64,000 bases of DNA. Source: an uncultured Chlamydiae bacterium (GTDB taxonomy: Bacteria; Chlamydiota; Chlamydiia; Chlamydiales; SM23-39). The notes below the pieces were generated by a model. The model was not told where the DNA came from. It ran no database searches and was given only the letters and a program-made list of their open reading frames with translations. Shown here piece after piece: positions 42,771-51,628 of this stretch (its first letter is position 1; the number at the start of each line of letters is the position of its first letter). The stretch lies in the NCBI GenBank assembly GCA_963730605.1, contig CAVSSM010000003.1, positions 1,029 through 65,028 on the forward strand, written 5' to 3'. The position numbers and the translations under genes were made by a program.

Positions 42771-43929
42771 ATGTCAACTTATATTTTTGAAAGAGCACCT
42801 AATTATTTTGATGGGAAGCAGCAGGTATTTGTGGATGCATCGAATGCCATCGTAAAAAACGCCACGGACCTATTTCGCAGCGTGAAGGGATCGAATCAGG
42901 ATTTAACCCAACTTTTTTTTAGCACTCTCGCTTCTTTTGGGGCAGCTCGGCACAGCGTCGCAGTGAGTCAAGGAACATCTTACGCGGAAGATTTTGGGGT
43001 TCGCCGAGATCGGCAGAAAGGTATTGCCACTCTCTTTCCTCTGACTCCTCTTGTCCATCCTTATAATGAATACAATAAACGTCTCCTTCCTGTGATCCAA
43101 AAACAGCTAAAATCAATGGAATATGACAAAGTCGCTTTTAAACAAACGAAATCACAGGTCTCTTTCGACCCATGTCTTGGAAGGGAGGCTATGATGGAGT
43201 ATTCCATCTTGACCGAAGAAATCAAAAACTGGCAGAAAATCCGCTTCTCGGAGGAAGATCACCAAAGAATTTACGAGCTCTGTGAAGTCCGTCCATACTA
43301 CCACTTCTCTGACTTGATAAGAAATAAAGAAGCGATGCAGAAATTGAGGGAAAAATCTCCTAATGACTATCGCCGCCTTAAACTGCTCACATTCTACGAC
43401 TTTCTTAAATACACAGTATCTCCCGAGGAGAAAAAAATCGGATTGGATCCACGTTACGGTCCGCTCTCAAGTCAATGGCAAAATGCAGGACCTTTCCGAA
43501 TATTTAACATGGGCCGACCGTGACTTTGTAACAGACCCGGTGGATCAAATGACAGGCCGTTCAATCGTTGCCATTCTTCATCAAGATTTATTTATGACAG
43601 AAACTATGTTGGATGACATAGCGAAAATCTTTAAAAATATCATCGAATGGAATGGGAAAAAACTAAAGGACTTAAAAGATCAAATTGCCCTTTTTCGCTA
43701 CGAGCATTCTCACGCGATGCCTTTTAAAAGAGGAAGCTCTGCGGTCGCGGAATGGTTTGAAAGAGCCCTCTACGGCGCTCACGGAATGAAGGTCGCATAT
43801 AATCCCGACAAGTCGGTCGACCTCGAGGCTCTCACCTCATCGCTGAAAGAATTTGTCGACAATTACGACACGATGATCACACTGACCAAAATGGAAGAAA
43901 ACTCCTCGGAGACTCGCGTCGAATTATAA
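42771..43929 (+). pseudogene. Hypothetical effector-like gene split by a frameshift between about 43431 and 43520
   Basis: ATG 42771 lies 9 nt after GGAGGAG. The frame of ORF 42753..43523 and that of 43363..43929 are both protein-like and overlap. An A7 run at 43431-43437 is a candidate slip site. The C-terminal part contains HSHAMPFKRGSSAVAEWFERAL. Confidence 0.55.
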
Positions 43930-43930
43930 G

Positions 43931-44169
43931 TCAGTAATTGATATGGAACCGGTTCTGAGCGAGCATCAAGATCGCTGAGACGGCTACGCTTTTCCCCAAA
44001 GTCGATGCGACTTTGAGGGCCCCTTAATAATTGATATTGAACCCGTTCTGAGCGAGGATCAGAATTGCTGAGACGGCTACGCTTTTCCCCAAAGTCGATG
44101 CGACTTTGAGGGCCCCTTAATAATTGATATTGAACCCGTTCTGAGCGAGGATCAGAATTGCTGAGACGG
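43931..44169. repeat. 93-bp tandem repeat (2 full units plus the genuine ptsH 3' end)
   Basis: Units are at 43931-44023 and 44024-44116, and the first 53 nt recur at 44117-44169. Each unit is the last about 53 nt of ptsH plus a 40-nt tail containing the hairpin CAAAGTCG-ATG-CGACTTTG. Confidence 0.85.
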
Positions 44170-44401
44170 CTTCGTTGGCATCGTCGCCAATCGCCTCGAT
44201 CGCGATCTTCGCGCCCCGTTCGGCGGCCAGCATCAGGATCCCGAGGATCGATTTCGCATTCACGATATAATCGCGATAGGAAAGATGGACGGCTGAATTG
44301 TAATTCGCAGCGCATTTGACGAGTTCCGTCGATGGGCGCGTGTGAAGCCCTTTGTCATTGAGTACAACGAAGAAACCTTTTGCCTTGTGCTTGTGATTCA
44401 T
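44117..44401 (-). CDS. ptsH: Phosphocarrier protein HPr
   Basis: 94-aa ORF with the active-site GLHTRPS (His15 equivalent) and the regulatory NAKSILGIL (Ser46 equivalent). Confidence 0.85.
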   Translation of the reverse strand: MNHKHKAKGFFVVLNDKGLHTRPSTELVKCAANYNSAVHLSYRDYIVNAKSILGILMLAAERGAKIAIEAIGDDANEAVSAILILAQNGFNINY

Positions 44402-44460
44402 GCAGCCTTCGTTTAGGGATAGGAGCCGATCTTAAGCGAAACAGGAATTAACTGCAATTT

Positions 44461-46278
44461 TCACTTTTTGATCCCCAGACAATCTTCCAACTCATCGAGC
44501 AGCTTTGAAAAGCGGCTCATCGCAGCGTCTACGGGAGCGCTCGAGCGCATGTCGACGCCCGCGCGGAAAAGCAAATCCACGGGGAAGCGGCTGCCCCCGG
44601 AAGAGAGAAATTCCAGATACCGCTCTTTTGCCTCTGGCGACTTCGATTTTTCGAAAAGTGCCAGCGCGGCGCTGAGTCCTGTCGCGTACTGATACACATA
44701 GAAATTGTAATAAAAATGGGGGATGCGGGCCCATTCGATCTCGAGTTCCTTGTCGATGACGAGATCGGGCCCGTAATAATCGCGGTTCAGTTGGACGTAA
44801 TACTCCTTCAAGAGAGCTGGGGTTAGCGGCGTACCCTGCTCCGCCCACTTGTGGATTTGCCATTCGAATTCGGCAAAAAGGGTCTGGCGGAAAATCGTGC
44901 CCCGAATCCCTTCGATCTCATAATTGATCAAATATGCCAGCTTCTTTTTCGATCGCACCTTCGACTTGAGCTCTTTGAGGAGGAGCTGTTCATTGAAGGT
45001 CGAAGCCACTTCGGCGACAAAGATCGGATACTGAGAATAAATGTAGGGCTGCGAGCGTCTGCTCAAAAGGCTGTGCATGCTATGGCCTGCCTCATGGGCC
45101 AATGTGAGGACGTCATTCAGCGTTCCCTGATAATTCATCAAAATATACGGCATGCTGTCGTAGCAGCCGCTCGAATAAGCCCCCGAGCGCTTCCTCGGCG
45201 TCTCGTAAACATCAACCCAACGGTCCTCTGTGAGCCCTGCTTTGATAAGGCTTTGGTATTCCTCTCCCAAAGGCTGGACAGAGGCGATGACCGTGGCCGC
45301 CGCCTCAGGGTAGCTCATCGAAATCTCGACATTTTCAACGATCGGCGCCATCAGATCGTAATAATGGAGCTCCGATAAACCGAGCAGCTTCTTTCTAAGA
45401 GCCATATACCGGTGCATAACCGGATGCGCCCGCCGCACCGAGGCAATGAGATTTTCATACACCGAGGGATCGATGGCGTGCGGGAAGAGAGCCGCTTCCA
45501 TACAGCTTTCGTACTTCCTCGCTTTGGCGTTATAAAGATGGCCTTGAACCTGGCCTTGAATCAGCTCGGCGAGGGTATTCGCGTGCGCCTCGAAGGTGCG
45601 GTGGAGATTCTGAAACGCGCTTTTCCGTAATTCTCTGTCGCGGGAGCGCATGTAGCTGACATAGGAGCCGTTTGTCAAAGGATGGGCCTCCCCTTTTTCG
45701 TCGATGGCTGGCTGGAAAGTAAGGTCCGCATTATTCAAGGCGCTAAAGGCGCGGGACGAGGCGTCGAGCGCTTTACCGCTGAGCGCCATGAGCTCTTCAA
45801 GCTCGGCCGAAAGGGTATGGGGCCGCATCCTGCCGATTTTTTCCAAGAAGAAGCGAAAGTCCTCGAGCTCTGGATGCCCAGCGAGGAGTCGGAAATCGGC
45901 CTCGTTCAAACCGAGAAGCTCCGGCTCGATCCAGGCGCACTCATGCTGAAAGTCATGGAAAAGACTTGAAATCAGGCCGTAATCTCTCTTGAACAAATCG
46001 TTGCCGAGATCTTCGTCCATCCTGAGATGCGCGTAGGTGTGGAGTTTCGAGAGCTTCCGATCGAGCCCGAAATAAACCTCGAACAAGGAGGCGACAGAGC
46101 TGGGGTTGCTCAAATGCCCCTTATAAGAGGCGATCTCAGGCCAGCGAAGCGCTCCCCCTCCTCCCTTCAATGCTTCGAATTCCGCATTCCAGTCTTGAGG
46201 CGTTAGATAGAGGGCTTCGACATTCCACTTGTCTTGGTTTTTCAGTTCGCTTCGAGACTGGGTGGCGACAGGGGGCAT
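44461..46278 (-). CDS. pepF: Oligoendopeptidase F (M3B)
   Basis: Zinc motif HEAGHSMH and family-wide similarity. I prefer the start at ATG 46278 (AAGGAA 8 nt upstream, about 605 aa). The longer track ORF to 46485 would cover the groES promoter region. Confidence 0.85.
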   Translation of the reverse strand: MPPVATQSRSELKNQDKWNVEALYLTPQDWNAEFEALKGGGGALRWPEIASYKGHLSNPSSVASLFEVYFGLDRKLSKLHTYAHLRMDEDLGNDLFKRDYGLISSLFHDFQHECAWIEPELLGLNEADFRLLAGHPELEDFRFFLEKIGRMRPHTLSAELEELMALSGKALDASSRAFSALNNADLTFQPAIDEKGEAHPLTNGSYVSYMRSRDRELRKSAFQNLHRTFEAHANTLAELIQGQVQGHLYNAKARKYESCMEAALFPHAIDPSVYENLIASVRRAHPVMHRYMALRKKLLGLSELHYYDLMAPIVENVEISMSYPEAAATVIASVQPLGEEYQSLIKAGLTEDRWVDVYETPRKRSGAYSSGCYDSMPYILMNYQGTLNDVLTLAHEAGHSMHSLLSRRSQPYIYSQYPIFVAEVASTFNEQLLLKELKSKVRSKKKLAYLINYEIEGIRGTIFRQTLFAEFEWQIHKWAEQGTPLTPALLKEYYVQLNRDYYGPDLVIDKELEIEWARIPHFYYNFYVYQYATGLSAALALFEKSKSPEAKERYLEFLSSGGSRFPVDLLFRAGVDMRSSAPVDAAMSRFSKLLDELEDCLGIKK

Positions 46279-46364
46279 AGAGGATTCCTTTATTCTTAAG
46301 CCATTAGATGTTAACTGGTTTGCCGATACAAGACAAAGAAAAATTCCACTGCCAGCCAGGCAGA

Positions 46365-46391
46365 TTAGCAATCCTTTTCCTGTTTTGCTAA
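46365..46391. promoter_or_regulatory. Degenerate CIRCE-like inverted repeat upstream of groES
   Basis: TTAGCAATC-N9-TTTTGCTAA keeps the TTAGCA-N15-TGCTAA frame of the HrcA operator consensus TTAGCACTC-N9-GAGTGCTAA, with 4 mismatches in the inner arms. Confidence 0.3.
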
Positions 46392-46397
46392 ATCGTG

Positions 46398-46426
46398 TTG
46401 CGAAAAATCCCATGTTCAGGTACATT
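46398..46426 (+). promoter_or_regulatory. Candidate sigma-70-type promoter for groES
   Basis: TTGCGA, a 17-nt spacer, then TACATT, about 100 nt upstream of the groES ATG. Sequence pattern only. Confidence 0.3.
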
Positions 46427-46529
46427 CCTTTATGAATCCAATTTAAAAGATCCGCTTTTTCGGCATCGCCAAGAGCGGTGACCAAGAGCGTAACAAGAGC
46501 GGTTACTAGAAAACGGAGGAAAACAACCT

Positions 46530-46844
46530 ATGGCCCAACAAACAGTTAAAAAAACTACTCTAAAACCGCTTGGAAATCGCGTCCTCGTCCAGAGACTGGA
46601 GGCACAAGAAACCATGAAGGGCGGGATCATCCTCCCCGACACTGCGAAGAAAAAACAAGAGACGGCGAAAGTCGTCGCTATCGGCACGGGCAAACGGCTC
46701 GATGACGGCAAACTCCTTCCGATCCCCGTCAAAGTGGGCGATGTCATCTTGATGGATAAATATTCCGGCCAAGAAGTGACGATCGACGATGAAGAGTTCG
46801 TGATCCTGAGAGCCGACGACATCATCGCCATCATTGAAGAATAA
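46530..46844 (+). CDS. groES: Co-chaperonin GroES
   Basis: 104-aa [47 protein letters not shown] is canonical GroES. GGAGGA lies upstream. Confidence 0.9.
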   Translation: MAQQTVKKTTLKPLGNRVLVQRLEAQETMKGGIILPDTAKKKQETAKVVAIGTGKRLDDGKLLPIPVKVGDVILMDKYSGQEVTIDDEEFVILRADDIIAIIEE

Positions 46845-46864
46845 TTAAGGAGATAATCGAAACT

Positions 46865-48496
46865 ATGGCACCAAAAAATATTAAGTTCAAGGAAGACGCC
46901 CGCCAAAAAATCCTAAAAGGCGTACGCACATTGGCATCCGCTGTCAAAGTGACGCTCGGTCCGAAAGGGCCGCAACGTCGTCATCGACTAGAAATTCGGC
47001 GCGCCGCAGATCACAAAAGACGGCGTGACTGTCGCAAAAGAGATCGAGCTCGAAGACAAGCACGAAAACATGGGCGCCCAGATGGTCAAAGAAGTCGCCA
47101 GCAAAACCGCTGACAAAGCCGGCGACGGCACCACGACCGCGACCGTTCTCGCCGAAGCGATCTACAGCGAAGGCCTCCGCAACGTCACTGCAGGCGCCAA
47201 CCCGATGGAAATCAAACGAGGGATCGAACTGGCCGTTAACAGCAGTATCGTCGAAGAGCTGAAAAAACTCAGCAAGCCGATCAAAGACACGAAAGAGATC
47301 GCGCAAGTCGCGACGATTTCCGCCAACGGCGATGCCGAAATCGGCGACATCATCGCAAAAGCGATGGAACGAGTCGGCAAAGACGGCACGATCACCGTCG
47401 AAGAGGCGAAAGGCTTTGAAACGACGCTCGACGTCGTCGAAGGGATGAACTTCGACCGCGGCTACGTCTCGGCCTATTTCGTCACGAACGCAGAAACGCT
47501 CGCCTGCGAATACGAAAACGCCTACATCTTGATCTACGAGAAGAAGATCTCCTCGATGAAGGAGTTCCTCCCGATTCTCCAAGCTGGTGGCTGAGTCGGG
47601 AAAACCGCTCCTCATCATCGCGGAAGATGTCGAAGGCGAAGCGCTTGCGACTCTCGTCGTCAACCGCCTCCGCGCTGGCCTGAAAGTCGTCGCCGTTAAA
47701 GCGCCCGGCTTTGGCGACCGCCGCAAAGCGATGCTCGAAGATATCGCGATCCTCACCGGCGGCCAGTTCATCAGCGAAGAGCTCGGCATCAAACTCGAGA
47801 AAGTCACGATCGACATGCTCGGCCGCGTCAAGAAAGTGATCGTCAAGAAAGACGACACGACGCTCATCGACGGCGCCGGCGACAAGAAAGCGATCAAAGA
47901 CCGGATCGCTCTTCTGAAGCGGCAAATCGAAGAGTCTACCTCCGATTACGACCGAGAAAAACTCCAGGAGCGCCTGGCGAAACTCTCCGGCGGCGTTGGA
48001 GTCATCCGCGTCGGAGCCGCGACCGAAGTTGAGATGAAAGAGAAGAAAGACCGCGTCGACGATGCGAAAGAGGCGACCAAGGCGGCTGTCGAAGAAGGAA
48101 TCGTTCCCGGCGGCGGCGCAGCTCTCATCCGCTGCATTCCCGTCCTTGAGAAGGCTGATTGCAAAACTTTCCGGCGATGCGAAGATCGGCGCAGAGATCA
48201 TTCTCCGCTCCCTCTCCTATCCTCTCCGCCAAATCGCGGAAAACGCGGGCAAGGAAGGGTCGATCGTAGTCCAGAAAGTCGCTTCGATGCATGCAAACGA
48301 AGGTTATGACGCCCGCGAAGACGCCTATGTCAACATGGTAGAGAAAGGGATCATCGATCCGACTAAAGTCGTCCGCTGCGCCTTGCAGTTTGCAGCTTCG
48401 ATCGCCGGGCTTCTTCTCACCACCGAGGCCATCATCACCGAAGAAGAGCAAGACAAGCCTGCGGCAGCTCCTGCCGGCAGCGAAATGGATTACTAG
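46865..48496 (+). pseudogene. groEL: Chaperonin GroEL interrupted by three +1 frameshifts and one in-frame TAG
   Basis: Four consecutive frames carry canonical GroEL sequence: [35 protein letters not shown] | [64 protein letters not shown]... | [26 protein letters not shown]... | [18 protein letters not shown]...GLLLTTEAIITEE...MDY. The shifts map to GGG 46967-46969, GG 47586-47587 and GG 48153-48154. The TAG is at 46989-46991. Confidence 0.8.
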
Positions 48497-48530
48497 CAAG
48501 GAAGCTAGGATTCCTGCTCTCCAACGCCTA

Positions 48531-48562
48531 GGCTCTCGGGGGTCCCCCGAGGGCCTTTTTTT
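48531..48562 (+). terminator. Rho-independent terminator after groEL
   Basis: GGCTCTCGGGGG-TCC-CCCGAGGGCC hairpin followed by TTTTTTT. Confidence 0.65.
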
Positions 48563-48596
48563 GTCCTTTGAGGGGACCTTCCAGGGATTTGGGCTT

Positions 48597-48830
48597 ATAT
48601 ACACAAACAACTTCAAAAGTTGGTTTCTCCCTTCGTCGGACAGCCACTGCCTTTGAGCCCGCCTGCACCCCACCCCAAAGACGATGCGTTTTTGGGGACC
48701 CCGGACCCGGCGCCGGCAAAGCCTGGCTCAAATTCAGGTCTGCTTCCCTTGAAAAAGCTCGAATCCCCGAGCTTTTTCAAGTGTCCGCAGCCTCGGCATA
48801 TTCCCAACTTTTGAAGTCATTTGCGTATAT
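48597..48830. mobile_element. MITE family F-related mosaic element (copy 3)
   Basis: The 27-nt inverted termini are ATATACACAAACAACTTCAAAAGTTGG / CCAACTTTTGAAGTCATTTGCGTATAT. The interior shares GCCTGGCTCAAATTC and GCCACTGCCTTTGAGCCCGCCTGCA with F1 (inverted) and module X with element H. Confidence 0.65.
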
Positions 48831-49313
48831 CCCTAAATTCCGTTCTTTTTATTGCAATAATGGGATATTTAAATAAAAATTTACATTTACTAAATTTATT
48901 TTTAATGTTAAAATTATTTTAATAAAAAGGAGAACTATATGAATGACACACAGTCCTTACTCCCACAGTCCTTACCCACACAGTCCACAACCGCAGCCAC
49001 ACAGTCCACAACCGTACGAAGGGTAGAAATAGCCAAAAATGTTGCGAGAGTTGCAGTTATAACTTTGGTCGCAACTACTCTTATTTTTGGCACATTAGCT
49101 TGTCTTTTATTTATCCCAGCGGCGCCTCTTTTCGGAATAGGCACTGCCATTCTTCTAGCTTTTGCTGGCAAGGTTGCTGGAACTGCAGCCCTTGCCACAT
49201 CGATCCTTCTGCCTGCTGCCTTCATTATAACGCCGACCGTGACTGCTGCTACTACTGCTGCTGCTTTGGCAGCACAAAAAAATTCAGATTCTCCCCTTTT
49301 GCAGAAAATTTTA

Positions 49314-50674
49314 GGGATTGTCTGAGGATAACTCGTACACTTTCATAGGGAAATACCGATTCTTACCATTGGAGAAATGGTATAATTCCAGTCACCACGA
49401 AATTCATTGAAGGTGATCGCAATCTCTCGAAAATCTTCATCGCTAATCTCTCTGCCTTTTTCATACTCTCTGAAGTCGATTTGGGCTTGAATTTCTAGCC
49501 CTTTGGTCGTTTTTGTGCTACCGATTAACTGCACGATCGCCTCACGGGTGATCAGCGGCACCCCTCTCCAGTTCTGAGAAATATAGCTGAACATCTTGTG
49601 TTCGATTTTATTCCATTTACTTGTCGCTGGCGGGAAATGACATACATGAATTTCTAACCCCAATTCATTTGCCAGTTTTTGCAGTTCCCACTTCCAAAGC
49701 CTCACCCTATTGCCATTGCTGCCACCACAATCGGCAGTTATCATCAACTTGGAGGCATTTCGATAGTCTTTTTTTCCCATTTTTTGCCACCAACTACGAA
49801 TCGTATTTACAGCAAATTCAGCAGTGTCGCTCGTAATTCCAACACTGACCCAGCCCTTATTTTTGCCAATATCATATACCCCATACGGGGCCACTTTCCC
49901 CGCTTCTTTGTCGGAAAAATCATGAACATCGACCTTAACTGGCTCTCCTCGCTTGTGGTATTCTCTCCCGCCATTTTTGAAATTCCCAACCAATTCTTTT
50001 TTCTTGGTGTCAACGGAAATCACAGGCTGTTTCTCTTGCAAGAATGCATTCGCCTGCTCATTGATGTGTTCAAATTGAGCGTTTCTGTCCGGCACGGATT
50101 TGCCTTCTTTGTCTTTCTTATTCAACTGCAAACTGTACCCGGCCTCCTCTAATAAATTGCCCACCGTAGAGCGACCTACTTCGTATCCCCGATTTTTGAG
50201 CTCTGCGGATAGTTTGCGTAAACTCTTACTGGTCCACCTCAAGGAAACCTCGGGATCTCCTTTGGTGAAAGCCTCAATCAATGTTTCCAGCACCGATAAT
50301 ATCCCAGGCATTTTGCTCGAAATGGGTTTTGCTCCACCACCTTTTTTACGAATACGTCCCTTGGATTTTTTCCGACGCCGTTTTTGTTGGATATCTTTGA
50401 TCCCCAAATAGATTGTCGAACGACTAACTTTAGTAGCGGCATGCACCAATGTTACTCCGCCCTTTCCAAGTGCTAACGCTTCAGCGGCACACCACAAGCG
50501 ACGGCTTTTTTCGTTCAATGAGTGATTGACTCGAAGATATTTTGTTCGGATTATGTTCTGAGAAACCACGCTCTCTACTCTGAGGGCAGGAAGAGTAGCA
50601 TCAATATATATTTTTATCTATGGAAATTTGAAAAATTTCCTATGAGAGTGTACGAGTTATCTTCAGACAATCCC
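49314..50674 (-). mobile_element. ISAzo13-family insertion sequence (1361 bp)
   Basis: The inverted termini are GGGATTGTCTGAGGATAACTCGTACACT and (reverse complement) GGGATTGTCTGAAGATAACTCGTACACT. TTA direct repeats flank it at 49311-49313 and 50675-50677. Confidence 0.85.
49343..50569 (-). CDS. ISAzo13-family (Rhodopirellula-type DDE) transposase
   Basis: Intact 408-aa ORF. VISVDTKKKELVGNFKNGGREY, VAPYGVYD, LMITADCGGSNGNRVRLWKWELQKLANELGLEIHVCHFPPATSKWNKIEHKMFS and FRGDWNYTISP match the family signature. Confidence 0.85.
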   Translation of the reverse strand: MVSQNIIRTKYLRVNHSLNEKSRRLWCAAEALALGKGGVTLVHAATKVSRSTIYLGIKDIQQKRRRKKSKGRIRKKGGGAKPISSKMPGILSVLETLIEAFTKGDPEVSLRWTSKSLRKLSAELKNRGYEVGRSTVGNLLEEAGYSLQLNKKDKEGKSVPDRNAQFEHINEQANAFLQEKQPVISVDTKKKELVGNFKNGGREYHKRGEPVKVDVHDFSDKEAGKVAPYGVYDIGKNKGWVSVGITSDTAEFAVNTIRSWWQKMGKKDYRNASKLMITADCGGSNGNRVRLWKWELQKLANELGLEIHVCHFPPATSKWNKIEHKMFSYISQNWRGVPLITREAIVQLIGSTKTTKGLEIQAQIDFREYEKGREISDEDFREIAITFNEFRGDWNYTISPMVRIGISL

Positions 50675-51318
50675 TTAGATTTGCTGCACAACCACCAACC
50701 AATGGACGTAGAGCCTTACTACTTCATGAACATGACTTTACTACAGGATATAAGTAACCAACAAGTGGATTTTAACATAACACACCAGGATAATGCGCCG
50801 AACGTTCAGATTGATAAGAATATACTAGACCTCTGGAAGGTAAGCGGAATGCATATACGCATGCGCGCTGAGAACCTAGTCAAAGAACTGGGCACTCATA
50901 TCCGTTTGGCGGCAGATCCTGACGAAAAACCAAAAGTGAACATCACTATAACAAAAGAAACAAAATCTATCATCATCGAATCAAATTCTAATTATTATAT
51001 CTATGATGATTTAAAAAAAATCGGTCATATTACTCTGTGCAGTAAACTCCATTTGGATACCGGTAAGATAACAGTGACGGCCAAAAACCTATCCAACTAA
51101 GATGTTCAGCTCCCCTCAAGGTACAAAGCCGGAGCCTCTTACCGGAACGATGCTGCGTTTTTTGAAGGGTAGTCCTAAACATGTAATGCTCGCAGGTGCA
51201 GGTTGTAGTGGCCGATGAAGTACATGACCATCCCGGCGCGACTGAACAGTTTCTTGGAAAATGAAAGCGTTTTTCTCCCAGTCTTGAGCACCGGCTTGAG
51301 CTGCTTCGGCAACAGCTG

Positions 51319-51382
51319 CGCCTGGCTCAAATTCTGGGCGCTTCCTTGCCATATTCCCGATTCTTCAGGTTACTTGAGTATA
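51319..51382. repeat. One-ended fragment of MITE family F
   Basis: GCCTGGCTCAAATTCTGGGCGCTTCCTTGCCATATTCCCGATTCTTCAGGTTACTTGAGTATA is the reverse complement of the left 64 nt of F1. No matching opposite end was found. Confidence 0.6.
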
Positions 51383-51628
51383 GCCAGTCTTACCTGATTC
51401 TTTTCCAACAGGTCAATGCTGCCATTTTTTAGGTGGGTTCCAGTACGAACTGCCTGCCCTTCAGGCAGCGATAGTACGGATAGGTTCTTATTTATAGGGA
51501 TAGGCTTACACTTCTAAATTCTGTTCTTTCTATTGCCAATAAGTGGATATTTAAACAAATATTTAACAAAATTTATATTTATCAAATTTATTTGTAATGA
51601 TATAATAATTAATAAAAATGAGAATTAT

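Larger units (their letters stand above)
48939..51100 (+). pseudogene. Inc-like bilobed-hydrophobic membrane protein gene interrupted by an ISAzo13-family IS
   Basis: 48939-49313 encodes an N-terminus plus hydrophobic domain nearly identical to the paralog at 51629. 50678-51100 encodes the homologous C-terminus. Removing 49314-50677 joins ...QKIL|DLLHNHQP... in frame. Confidence 0.65.

Noticed and set aside
43931..44209. Tandem 93-bp array (and the 96-bp array at 24750-25325) considered as a possible CRISPR array.
   Set aside because: The units are directly abutting with no unique spacers. One array is coding and the other duplicates a gene end. No cas genes are present.
43863..44315. 150-aa minus-strand ORF reading through the 93-bp repeats and overlapping ptsH.
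   Set aside because: It overlaps the genuine HPr frame, and its repeated peptide derives simply from the tandem DNA repeat.
46944..48673. Long antisense ORFs (317, 239 and 182 aa) opposite groEL.
   Set aside because: The sense strand encodes unmistakable GroEL. Antisense open frames are common opposite highly expressed, codon-biased genes. The sequences are low-complexity and Arg/Ala/Ser-rich.
51101..51318. 78-aa minus ORF (51116..51352) and surrounding unique GC-rich DNA next to the F2 fragment, considered as a gene remnant.
   Set aside because: No recognisable motif. Part of it is MITE sequence. Coding cannot be supported from sequence alone.
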